64,000 nucleotides of DNA from Octopus bimaculoides (Eukaryota): the NCBI RefSeq assembly GCF_001194135.2, contig NC_069000.1, positions 14,224,780-14,288,779 on the forward strand, read 5' to 3'. The notes beneath the pieces were generated by a model. It made no database searches, was not told where the DNA came from, and saw only the letters and a list, made by a program, of their open reading frames with translations. Position numbers and translations under genes: made by a program. The first letter of the stretch is position 1, and every line of letters starts with the position of its first letter. Positions 37,734 to 50,399 of this stretch are shown one piece after another.

Positions 37734-40700
37734 CATCTCATCATAAGTTGGCAGGTTGCCTAAAATGTCTGAGAGCCTTTGTATTCTTTAGCGACATCCC
37801 TTACTCTTCCATCCTTCTGGGAATCACCTGCGACTTTCAAAGGCAATAAAATATGTACCAACAACACACAACAGTGGACTCAACCAATTCACTCCCCAAT
37901 AAAAGAACTCATAATTCTAATTCATTCCTTTAATGTCAGTCACACAGAACTTAAGATGCATTAACTTAGTACGCAATGATTTATTGACCGATATCTTTAG
38001 AGGTTCTGCAGAGTAAGTCATTGATGATGTGTACTAAAGAACCTTTAAATATTTTATCTCACAGAGGCGAAAAAGAACGAGTTCAATATAATATCTAAAA
38101 AAAAAAGTATAATTGTTTTCTTCAAAGAACTAACTGTTATGGTATTGTGATAGTATTATTAAACTCTAGTGCATCATATTCTACTAGTTGTGCTTCTATG
38201 CTTGGTAGTATGAACCAACCAATCAGAATTTTGCTTTATTTCCGGTAGCATAACTAATGTGGTTTAGTATCATATTATGACATCTTTCTTTTAATATATA
38301 AGAATGACCGAATCACACTGTAAGCAGATGGGTACATTTTTCATTTTGAATTTTTGAATTTATAAAATAATATTTTATAAATATTTTTGCATGGAAAAAA
38401 AAATTCATCTTCACAAATTCTGTGCAACTTTAAAACCCAAACATTTCATCATTACCATATGTGCTATCACTAATACAAACTACTGATGTACAGTGCAGCA
38501 TAATTGAAGATGATATATATTTTCCCAACAGAAAGATAGGCAATGACAATGAGAGACAGACAAACAGAGATAGAGACAGAGAGATCTGTAGGTATAGTTG
38601 ATAGCTATCTAATCTAGCTTGTGATACATATATTATAGATCTTGTTGTATTATAGATCTTTCAAAACAGCTTCATCTCAGTACAATAGTTTCCCCTTTGC
38701 TGTTGTCTATGATGTTATAAAAACATCAATGAATAATTCTAAATAGTTTTTCAAACTTATTATTATCAATCTAACACTGTCCTCAAACACATAACTGTCA
38801 CAGTTACATTCATTGAATGGGACATTGTTAGGGAGCTTTATGTTTCCTCTCAAGGAGAATCATTTTTACATACACACAGATCTTGGATTGTTTTGTTTTT
38901 TTCAGTTACAAATGTTTTGGTGTTGTTGATTTGTTTTTTTTTTTGTTTTTGTTTTTTTTCTATGAGTGTTGTATGTTTGAAAATTTACATTGAAGCTAAG
39001 GATATTAAGATTTTGTTTCCACATCTGTAAAATAGCTAACACGAAGCATAAAACACCAATTGTTGCGTTGCTAGGAGAAAAGTGATTCATTCCATGAAAT
39101 GGAAGGAAATAAGATAAAATAAAAACATATTCCTGAAAGTCAATTTTATAGTTGTCGTTTGTTCATGTTTTCTTTAGAAGATTATTACATAAACACCAGT
39201 AAAGATAATCAAACAGATCTGTCAATTTGACCATCATTTCACATTTTCTATTTCTTTACATTCAAATGTTTTCATTTCTTTATTTGTTTTTTGTTTTTGT
39301 TTTATATATATGTATTTATTTTTTCTTAAATGTTTTCCTTCGTTGATTCCAAAACAGCTATTGATTATATTTTCCTGAAAAAAATCATTTATATTAAATC
39401 ATGAGCAAAGTTAGCTTCAAAGATATTTCATGCAAAGTGTCAAAAGGGAAACAAAATTGGAAGAAAGGTAGAATGAAAACATCTTGAAAGCATAAGATTT
39501 CTTGGATGAATAAGATTTCTTGGATAAATTAAATTAATTATAATCATAATTTCCAGCTATCATTCATTCCACAACTAACTAGCAACATCCAAGTTGATAA
39601 CAAATGTGTATTGACATTTATTTGAATGTTTAGAAATTTAGAAATGTTGTAAAATGTAGGAATTAGTTTATGTATATCATATAAAATTAGAAGTGAGGAA
39701 ATTTTTCTATATAAATGTAAATATATGTGTTTTGTATATTTGAGATTGTTTTGCAAACTGTATGTATGAATGCTTATATATATATATATATATATAGTTG
39801 TTGCCATAAGAATTTGTAAACTTCAAGAGAACATGAAATAACTCCTTTTTGGAATGTTGGATTTTGAAGCAGATAAGCTATGAATAATTGCATGTAAATA
39901 TCAAACAGAAAAAGTCAAAGGCTGCACAATATTAACATGGTATTATTTATAGATTATTTGCTTCATGAGCCAATGTTCTNNNNNNNNNNNNNNNNNNNNN
40001 NNNNNNNNNNNNNNNNNNNNNNNNNNNNNNNNNNNNNNNNNNNNNNNNNNNNNNNNNNNNNNNNNNNNNNNNNNNNNNNNNNNNNNNNNNNNNNNNNNNN
40101 NNNNNNNNNNNNNNNNNNNNNNNNNNNNNNNNNNNNNNNNNNNNNNNNNNNNNNNNNNNNNNNNNNNNNNNNNNNNNNNNNNNNNNNNNNNNNNNNNNNN
40201 NNNNNNNNNNNNNNNNNNNNNNNNNNNNNNNNNNNNNNNNNNNNNNNNNNNNNNNNNNNNNNNNNNNNNNNNNNNNNNNNNNNNNNNNNNNNNNNNNNNN
40301 NNNNNNNNNNNNNNNNNNNNNNNNNNNNNNNNNNNNNNNNNNNNNNNNNNNNNNNNNNNNNNNNNNNNNNNNNNNNNNNNNNNNNNNNNNNNNNNNNNNN
40401 NNNNNNNNNNNNNNNNNNNNNNNNNNNNNNNNNNNNNNNNNNNNNNNNNNNNNNNNNNNNNNNNNNNNNNNNNNNNNNNNNNNNNNNNNNNNNNNNNNNN
40501 NNNNNNNNNNNNNNNNNNNNNNNNNNNNTGTGTGTGTGTGTGTGTATTTTTATGTCACTATGTGCAAATTGTAAAAATTGATCACACTTGATATCAATAT
40601 GAAAACATCAGCGTTAAAAATACAAATATCTTAAATAACAACAGTCTTTTTATATAAAAATATTTGATTAACAAACCCCCCCCCCTATCAAATACAAATA

Positions 40701-42289
40701 TATTATTTCATCAATTGTAACACTCTATAATTAAACATATTGAACAATATATTTTAAATGCAGAAACTCATCCAATTTTTGGCATGCTTGCATGAGTCAG
40801 ATTCCTAAAAAAACAATTTAAGAAAAATTTAAAAAACACAAGAGCCATTTCAAGTGTTCACTATCTGGTGGTTTTTAGAAAAACATAAATGAAGCTAATA
40901 GTGTGAGATGGCCATTCTCATGAAGTTAAAACCCAACAGGTTTCCAAAAATGTTCAGATTCCACAGAAAAATATCTATTCACCCATAAATGTGTGTCAAA
41001 ATGGTTTATTTTTTAGCAGACACTGTTTTCAAACCAAAGCAGATTTTCAAAAATTTTCAGGATACCCACAAAAATCACTATATACCTGTAAAAGTATTAT
41101 TGTGAAATGATTCATTTTTGATCAGGCGTCAATACTGAAACAATTTCTTCCAGATCTAAATAGCATTGTCTTTAAAATGAAATCTTTTGTCAGTTATATC
41201 ATAATCCGAATTTGATACATCTTTTATTTGCATGCCTGACTTGAACCATAAACAATAACAAAATTTCCAGATGAAATCAAAACAAATCACCCCACCATAA
41301 CATTCTTTTGTTGTGCATCTCATACAAGATAAATGAGAGTCGTCACTACAGGTATTGTCTTGCAAATTCATTAGCATTTTTTGAAATTCCAAGGTCAACG
41401 TAAATTAACACCATGAGGCTTTTTATGCTACTCTGGAGAAATTCAAAAGAATTAGCAGTTGATATTTTCAGGTGAAAAAAATATATTTTATGCAATGACA
41501 CGTACATCACACTTTTTGAATCCACATAAAAAAAATTCAATATGCATTCCTGATTAAAAATTTTTTGTTTTAATACTTGCCTGGGTTGTTAAATTTTATT
41601 GTGAAAAATGAATCAATATAATTCTCGTAAATGTTGGATATTTCATAATTTGAGCATTTTACTGCCATGTACAAGCATGCAAGAATGGCCCAGAAGTTGT
41701 GTCAATATATGGAAAACCATGTTTAGAAATAGAGAGAAAAATATTTCCAGATAATGATTCTTTAGCTCTCCATCTTAAAATTTATCTTATAAAAATTCTG
41801 CTTGTCATTGTGTTACTTAGCCCTGGCAGTAACACTTTCATGTGATTAGAGAAAAAGAGGGAGGGCGAAAAAGAGGTAAAAACAAGCATCCATGATGTGA
41901 GGTAGAGGAAATGTAATTGTAACACTTTCACATGATTAGTTGAAGGGAAAGAGAGGAGAAAGAAAAAGAAAAAAGAAAAAGGAGAGAGAAAAAGAGGATA
42001 AGGTGAAGAGTGAGATAGAAAGAGGGAGAAAGAAGCGTCCATGATGCTAAGTAGGGGCAACATAATATTTATTACATGGTTAAAAAAGTTAGTTAAAGGG
42101 AGAGGAGGAGAGTTAAAAATATAATTTTAGCAGAGATGGTGGTGGAACAATATAGTTGACAGGACCATCAGGAAAAGAAACAGGCATGGAAGGACTGGAA
42201 GTGTGGTGGTAACAGGAAACTGTATCAGATAGCCAGAAGGGAAGCTAGGAAACAGGTTTACTTAGCTAGAGGGGAAGCAGATAAGAAGA

Positions 42290-42525
42290 AATTTGCCAGT
42301 GTTCTGCATTGTGAGGACCAGAGACTTGAAGCGCTTCAAATTGCAAGACAGTGTGTGAGAGAAAATCATGATGTCACAGGAGAGAAATGCGTCCGCATGG
42401 ATGATGGCTCATTTGCATTTAATAATGCTACAAAGAGAGGAGAGACTTGCAGACGCCACTATGAAAGGTTGCTAAATGAAGAGAATGAATGGGAGAAAGA
42501 GAGTATACTAAATGTCGACCCAACA
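42290..42525 (+). mobile_element. RTE-type LINE ORF fragment (EN-RT linker)
   Basis: ARQCVRENHDVTGEKCVRMDDG...RHYERLLNEENEW, typical of these LINEs. Confidence 0.7.
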
Positions 42526-42941
42526 CACTCACACATGCACACACACACACACACAATAGGCTTCCACTCAGTTTCCATGTACCAATCATAAGGTTTTGAT
42601 CAACCCAGGGCTATAGTAGAAGACACTTGCTCAAGGTGCCATGCGGTGGGACTGAACCTGAAACCACATTGTTGCAAAGCAAGCTTCTCAACTACACAAC
42701 CATGCTGTACCTTTATCTTTTATCTTTTACTTGTTTGATTTAGTAGATTGTGGCCATGTTGAGGCACCATTTGGAAGAACTTTTAGTCAAATGAATCGAC
42801 CCAAGTACTTATTTCTTTTAAAGCCTGGTACTCATTCTATCAGTCTCTTTTGCTGAACCACTAAGTTACGGGAACATCAGCAAACCAACACTGGTTGTCA
42901 GGTGGCAGACAAAGAAAGACAGACATACACACATAGATATA

Positions 42942-43390
42942 CAGGGGTTGGACAAAATAATGAAACACCTAGCATTATAGCATCATAATTTTGAAATATC
43001 TATAAAACCGTCAAAAGCTTGTTCATTTTAATGTTTTTTGATTTATTATTAGTGTTGCTTAATATGTTTTGCTAAAATTGCTATTTCTTTTCAGATATCA
43101 TCAGAAAAGGGTAATTAAAATTCATTAAAATGACAGATCCATCGGATTTTCAAAGAGGTCAAATTGTTGGTGCTCGTACGGCAGGTGCTAGCATAATGAA
43201 ACCAGCTGAAATGTTTGGTTTATCAAGAAGTACTGTCTCGAAAGTAATGACAGCCTTTGAGAAAGAGGGAAAAACCTCCTTGTCGAGACAAAACTCTGGA
43301 AGAAAACCAAAACTTTCAGATAGGAACCATCGGACTCTTACATGAATTGTTAGAAAGGATCACGAAAGTACAGCTCCCAAAATTGCTGCT
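42942..43390 (+). mobile_element. 3'-truncated Tc1-family DNA transposon (left TIR and transposase N-terminal HTH)
   Basis: TA|CAGGGGTTGGACAAAATAAT left end; ORF 43130-43345 MTDPSDFQRGQIVGARTAGAS...GLSRSTVSKVM...NSGRKPKLSDR, continuing past one stop. Confidence 0.9.
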
Positions 43391-44599
43391 CCCTCTCCCA
43401 GCTTAGAAGTCTTTGTCATGCAGATGCTGGTGTCACATAAAATGTATTTGTGCCAGTGCCATGTAAAAAGCACTCATGCCAGTGGCACAGAAAAAGCACC
43501 CAGCACACTCTGTAATGTGGTTGGCGTTAGGAGGGGCATTCAGCCGCAGAAAGCATGCTAAAGCAAGACAATTGGAGGCTGCCAGCTCCTGTCAAACCGC
43601 CTGGATGGAAAACGGACCTTAACTGATGATGATAATGTACGTATGTATCAGTTTTCAACTTTTCTCGAAATAAGTTTTAAACCCAATATTTACATGCTAT
43701 TATTTATAGCGTTATTTGCTTCGAGTTTCACTGTTCTCAAAAAGAAAGCATTATATATACATATTTATACAGATCACAATTGTCACATTTTTTTCTTTGT
43801 TGCATAGTGCAAGAAAGATTTTTCTTTAGGTCTTAACAATGAAAAAGTTTAGGACATAAAACTTGAACTAGCCTGACATACTTTACATACATATAAAAAA
43901 TATTATTTTAAATATATTCGGGCAACAGTGTTCAAAAGGTAAACCATATAAATTATTTCCTAACTGGAGCTGTCATTGTCTGCTGAAGCATGCATGACCT
44001 GAATTGACTGGGAATGTTTAGGGCGCCTAAATATATTGCCTGATCCTGACTGCTAGACAAGCTTCTCCATCACCCCCACCATTACACCACAATAGCAAAA
44101 TAACACCTGGTTATTTCTCTGTAATATTTGAAATATATAAATACGAAATCTATTACTTTTTTTTTTACTTGAAATAAAGCCTATTAAAGATAAGGTATAT
44201 TACTTAAAATAAGGCATATTAAAAAGTAGTAAAAATATATGTTTAATTTAAATCTAAATCCGTTATTTGATAAAAATCTACCTTTCTATGTATTCCGAAT
44301 TGAAATCAGATATCATTATCGCACAGTTGTAGTGTAATTTTCAATATCAATATAAAGAAAACTTGAATAATCGATAAATATCAACTGTGATATAATATAC
44401 GATAAAATATATTTCCCTGTGAAATGTTGTTTATGCATTCAACAATTTGTATATTTTTGAAATTCGTTTTCCGAATGTCAATACATTAAGATGAACATTT
44501 TATTTCGTAATTCATTATATTAAAAATGAAGTGAACAACATCAATAATAATAAAACCACGAGATGTGTTTTTAAGTTTTCCTAGTTGTTGGTAGAAATA

Positions 44600-44939
44600 C
44601 CTTAAGTGTGATAGGAAACATTCCCTCACAGCTAAACCCCATTTAGTTTTCCGACTGATCGCACCTTGATCTGTTAATTTTCAAGTGTTTCTCAAGGTAA
44701 GGTATCACTTAAAATACAAAGCAGAGTTTGTAAGTGAGAGAAATAATAATAAAAACAAAAAAAGCAAAGGGTGTTTATTATTTTTAAATTAAATATGTTG
44801 ACAGAACTGCAATGGTGCTGATGCGATTGAGGGGAAAGTCATAACAGTAGGCAAGAGAAACGAGGGAAGTTGTTGGTGCGAATAGCTGTTGGAAAAGCCT
44901 CATCTTCACTTTCCAATATGTCTGTTTCACGGAAGAGCG
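44600..44939 (+). other. Candidate 5' exons of an unidentified plus-strand gene
   Basis: Donor TCAAG|GTAAGG at 44696/7, acceptor ttgacag| at 44804/5, then ATG at 44918 (MSVSRKS) and donor G|GTATGT at 44939/40. Sits in a CpG-retaining block. The 5' boundary is arbitrary and downstream exons were not securely found. Confidence 0.3.
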
Positions 44940-47291
44940 GTATGTGTTCTCAGCTCATTTAGACAGGCGAAAACATTACCGCTCACTTTGTTGATTTATT
45001 ATTTTTTTTACATAGACACATTTTTAAAAAAAAGCTACTGAGGACGATCAACATTCATTAAACCCTCTTGCTTATTTTTGTAAGATTTGAGTGGATTTTA
45101 CTACTAGCAGCAGAGTAATTATGATTTGGACTAGCGAACCTAACACACCAACAAACAGCATCTTTACATGGTACGTGCTATACTATATCACAATTATTAA
45201 TATTTTCTTTCTATTACTTTTATATAATCACAGTATCAAGATGATAAAATTAATCTTAAATCTTCTAACAATAACTATGACTTATTTCAGCAGCTTTTTC
45301 TTTTTCACTATACGTCTTAATTATATTTTGCATGGTACTTGTCCAATATTTCAGTAACTAACTATTACATGGTGGGAACTACACCACATATACTAAAATT
45401 TCTTCTCTATTGTATTGCAATCATTTGCAATATCTAAATGACTCTAATCTCAAATCTTCAAACAATAATCATGACTTATTTGGCAGTTTTTTTTTTATTG
45501 CAGTATATCATTCCATTGAATAAATCAGTTGACACGTTATTTGTTTAAGATTTTAGTAACTAACCCTATTTATTTTCCACGTGTATTATTTTTAATTTGA
45601 ACATTATATGTACTGATATCTTTATTGAAATGATTTCGTCTTTGTTACAGAGTCTTATAAAGTTTAAAATCGTATATAAGCATATGTACATCTAAAGACT
45701 TGGCATCGAGAATTCCTCAGAGTACCTGTCAAAACTAATCCCTTACTGCTCTTTTGTATATACCATGTATAATTCTGTGTGTGCTATATATATATATATA
45801 TATATATATAGATAGATAGATAGATAGATATGTNNNNNNNNNNTGTGTGTGTGTGGGGGGGGGGGGTAAACAGATATATTATAGTAGCTACACATGTATA
45901 TTTCTGCATACAAAACAAGGAAAATGTATTCAATACATAATGTAGAGTCGTTTAATCGTAATATATAGCAGTGATATCTCAGTTCTTACATACACACTCT
46001 AGGTATTTGTGAATTTTTATGTAATTTAGTGTCCGATATATAACCGTTTTTATTTGAAGAAAAAAAGATGATGTGTATATATATGTATATATGATAGTAT
46101 TAGGGACAAAATCCAATATTACAGGTAAAAGCTCAATTAAAATCAATTTATAAAAAATTTAAATTAAATTAAGCTTTACAGAGTAAAATATACATAAATA
46201 TATAGTTTTAGGGAAAAGAACCAAGGTTCATGAACTTCATCGATGAAAATCCACTGTCACATAAAACTATATATATGTATATATATATATATATAAATAT
46301 AATAAAATCAACCGATTTTTTAAATATTCCTCGCCTGTTGTATCATTCTGCAGAAATGTTTTCATTCAAGAGATAGCATCATGTCACACTAAGCCCCTCA
46401 CCTCATTTCCCGTCCCTTAAAAAGCCTTCATTGTTTATTTAATAAGGTTATATGAAATTAAACAAGTTATTTATATGTATCAAGATTCTGCTGTCACATA
46501 ATTACATGTCTCCCTAACAACATAATTCGATGCATATATTATTATCTAGATATAACACATTCAAATTGAACAATAAACCTGTTTTTCAAAAGGTTCTCAC
46601 CCTACTTTTCCTAATAAATCGCTTTTCATTGTGGTTAATTAATGTTGTATTCAATTTTAATTGATCGCTTCATGAAAACACTTGCTTTTCTAATAAACAA
46701 TGCTCCAAAAACTCGGGTACCTAATCATTCTACTTGAAAACCTGAAGTAGTCTCTGGTGCTTTTTTTCTTTTCTTTATCTTAGATTATCGTTATAAATAA
46801 TCGTTGTATCTGATAATTTGAAACGTCTTTGTTGTAGGTTAATTATTAATTAATCTTTGAGTGATTTCTATATATTTTTTTAATAGTCATGTAATACATT
46901 AACCTTTTATGAACCTAAAATATTAACCTTATTTTACTGAAGTACAATAATTATTAGCCAAAATATTTTTAAATTTTGCAACCTTCAGCGAACAAGTTTT
47001 ACATATTAATCCCTCTATCTATCTATCTATCTATCTATNNNNNNNNNNNNNNNNNNNNNNNNNNNNNNNNNNNNNNNNNNNNNNNNNNNNNNNNNNNNNN
47101 NNNNNNNNNNNNNNNNNNNNNNNNNNNNNNNNNNNNNNNNNNNNNNNNNNNNNNNNNNNNNNNNNNNNNNNNNNNNNNNNNNNNNNNNNNNNNNNNNNNN
47201 NNNNNNNNNNNNNNNNNNNNNNNNNNNNNNNNNNNNNNNNNNNNNNNNNNNNNNNNNNNNNNNNNNNNNNNNNNNNNNNNNNNNNNNNNNC

Positions 47292-47322
<31 letters not shown>

Positions 47323-47744
47323 GTGTGTGTGTGTATATATATATATGGTGTGTGTATATATATATAAGTATAGTGCAGGAGAGAGAGAGAGAGTGTGTGT
47401 GTGTAGGTACATGCATGCATGCAACACACTATATGTATGCCATGCACAAACCTCTCGGCCCTTGATGCAGTTGTATAACTTTTTTGCTGATGAAAAATAC
47501 ATACTGTATGTATAGTGCAAATATCTAAATTGTGTATAAACATGAGTAATATAGTGTTAGTTTATTTGTACGTAATGTATGTGTGTGTATATGTATATCA
47601 AGTACATTTTTACGTATATTTTTCCATGCTAGCATTGGATTAACGGGATATATTATTGCATTGTTTACAGCTGGATGCCCTTCCGCTAGGCATAACCTGT
47701 TTTTCTTTTTAAGTAAACGATGCGTGTGTGTGTGTTTATTACTA

Positions 47745-47865
47745 ACAGCTTGACTCAGCTCCATATGATTAGATACCTAGGGAAGAGTCTTCCCTAGATA
47801 TCTGATGAGATGGGTTTGCCCTACGAGCTCCCGAAACTTCAAGTCATGGAGCTGAGTCAAACCGT
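47745..47865 (+). ncRNA. Type I hammerhead ribozyme motif inside a 20-bp fold-back
   Basis: CUGAUGA 47802-47808; G47809-C47832 closes stem II; GAAAC 47833-47837; stem III ACU/AGU with a UCA loop; GUC 47843-47845; arms 47745-47764 and 47846-47865 are 18/20 complementary. Confidence 0.75.
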
Positions 47866-49131
47866 TTACATGTAACTTCTTGCCACTTTCTTTCGTTTGT
47901 CCACTCATCTGTGTGTGTGGAGAAAGAGAGAGAGAGAGAGAAGTACATAGGGGTGAAATACATTTTCAACATAAGGAAATTCTTTTCAATTCCTAGTTAT
48001 AATTCTATTGAAACAGCACTCTCATTATATAATGAAAATTATTACAACATATATTTCTATACAGTGGAACAAATTGGAACATCCTGGCATTAGAATCATT
48101 TTTCCATTAAAAAAATATACGAAAATAAATAAAAAAAATCTGAATACACAGCCCTTTAAAGTCATCTGTATAAACAAAGAATATTGATTAGGGTATGAAC
48201 AATAAATACAGCTAGATATTCAATCACTTTGATAGTAAGTCTGATGCTTGTGTTTGCACTCGTCCATATCAGATGAGTGCGTTAAATGCAGTTATCATTT
48301 GACAAAAAACAGATCAATAAAGTTCACTTTGTTCTTTTCACATTCAATTAAAAATATGTAAATTTCTGTGATCAGTAAATAAAGTATTAATTCATGAAAT
48401 ACTCTTGAGAATGAAAGTGTTCCAACTGCAAACGTTTTTTTTTATGGAAATATTTTTTTTTCCCCACATTGGTAAGAACATAAACTTCTCAATCATGTCT
48501 TTTAGTGTTTACTTGTTTCAATCATTTCACTACAGCTTTGCTGGGGCACCTCCTGGAAGGTTTTAGGTTGAACAACTCGACCTTGGTACTTATTTTTATA
48601 GCTGGTATTTATTCTATCGGTCTTGTACCGATCTGCTAAGCTACAGTGACATAAATAAACCAACACTGGTTGTCAAGTTATGGTGAAAGGACAAACAAAC
48701 ACAAAGACACAAATATATGTTCAAATTTCCCACTATTTTGTGTACTCAGATATTTTTTACATTAAAGAACATCAGCAATCCAACTGTGACCATCCTTTCT
48801 GTTTTTCAAATTAAAATTCCAACACATATAGAGACTATAAATACAAATTAATAAGTGAACAATATGAAAGAAAATTAATAAAATTTGATACAATTTATGA
48901 TAAAACAATTAAATACACATTGTTGCAATATAATACTGTTGAAAATAATAAATACAATTTATAAAGACTAAAATAGATATTTCTATCACCATGTATATAA
49001 ATACCATAGAATAGTATGATTAAATACAAATAGGAGAGCTTGCTACAGAGAAATGCTTCATTGTACTGATTCTGTATTAATTAAAAAAAAATTAGTACCT
49101 CTGATAGAGAATTACTAGGTATCCTTTAGTT

Positions 49132-49404
49132 CAGGGGTTTTCAAACTTTTTGACTTGCGGACCCCTTTATATTTCAGGCTTTACCTTAGGGACCCCCTTA
49201 TAAACGCTTATGAAATTTATACATAAATATTTGCTTAAAATAACATATTTTTACATTTATTTATTTAACAGTATTTAACAAATAGGTTTATTGTCAATTA
49301 AAAGATTTCGATTAAAAAACATATATAAAATCAAATTACCCATAAAAAGTATTTGCTGTCTATGGACTCCCTGTGGTCATCGGACCACAGTTTGAAAACC
49401 CCTG
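49132..49404. mobile_element. hAT (Charlie-like) MITE
   Basis: Perfect 16-bp TIR CAGGGGTTTTCAAACT; perfect 8-bp TSD CTTTAGTT at 49124-49131 and 49405-49412. Confidence 0.92.
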
Positions 49405-50399
49405 CTTTAGTTAATATCTAATGGATGGAATGTATTGTGGGTCAAACAGCCCAGATTCTTTTTAAAATTGTAATATTTTGAATTTTGATTTGTATTGTTC
49501 TGTTATTAAATTTAGTTTTGTATTGTATGTGTTGAAATTTGAATTTGAGAAAAGATGAAAATATGAAAACAAATTGTCTGAATCCATAAGATTAGACAAA
49601 CTAGCCATGGTCAGAAATTGGATGGTGGTGGTGGATGATGGGTGACAAGAATCAGTGATTCTATTTTAAAAAAAAAAGAAGAAAAGAAGATGGGTTGTTG
49701 ATGGAATGCTTTTGTTCTCACCAATGTTAGATAATTTGTTAAATTCTGATTCTTTGCTGAATAAATGTTTTAGTGTTTATGCAAAGTGTCATCATCATCA
49801 TTTGTTTACTTTTCTATTCTTGCATGGGTCAGACAGAATTTGTTGAGGTAGGTTTTTTACAGCTAGATGCCCTTCCTGTTGCCAACCCTCACCTGTTTCC
49901 AAAAGCCAGACAGGTTTTCTTTAGAAAACTGAACACGAACATGCATGTTTATAACCATCACATGATGTCAAGACAAGGGTACACACATGCTTACATACAT
50001 GCATGCATACATACATATGCACAAATGGGACTCCTTAAGTTTTCATCTACCAAATCCACTCACAAGTCCTTGATTGGCCCAGGGCTATAGTGCCAGACAG
50101 TTGCCCATGGTTTGCACAGTGGGACTGAACCTGAAACCATGTGGTTGGGAAGCAAATTTCTCAAATCACACAGCAATCCCAATGTGGTACTCATCATTGA
50201 CAAGGACCAAAAATGTGTGAGTGAGTGTGTGTGTAGAAAGACAGAGAGACACAGTCTTGATATATTATTTCCTTTTTGCATTCTGGAGCTAAAGACTCAG
50301 TATATACTATGCATTTATATGACCTCTATCCCCATGTACACCCATTGTAATTTATATATCTTGTAGAAACCACTATAATAATGTTACAAATTCTAAAAC

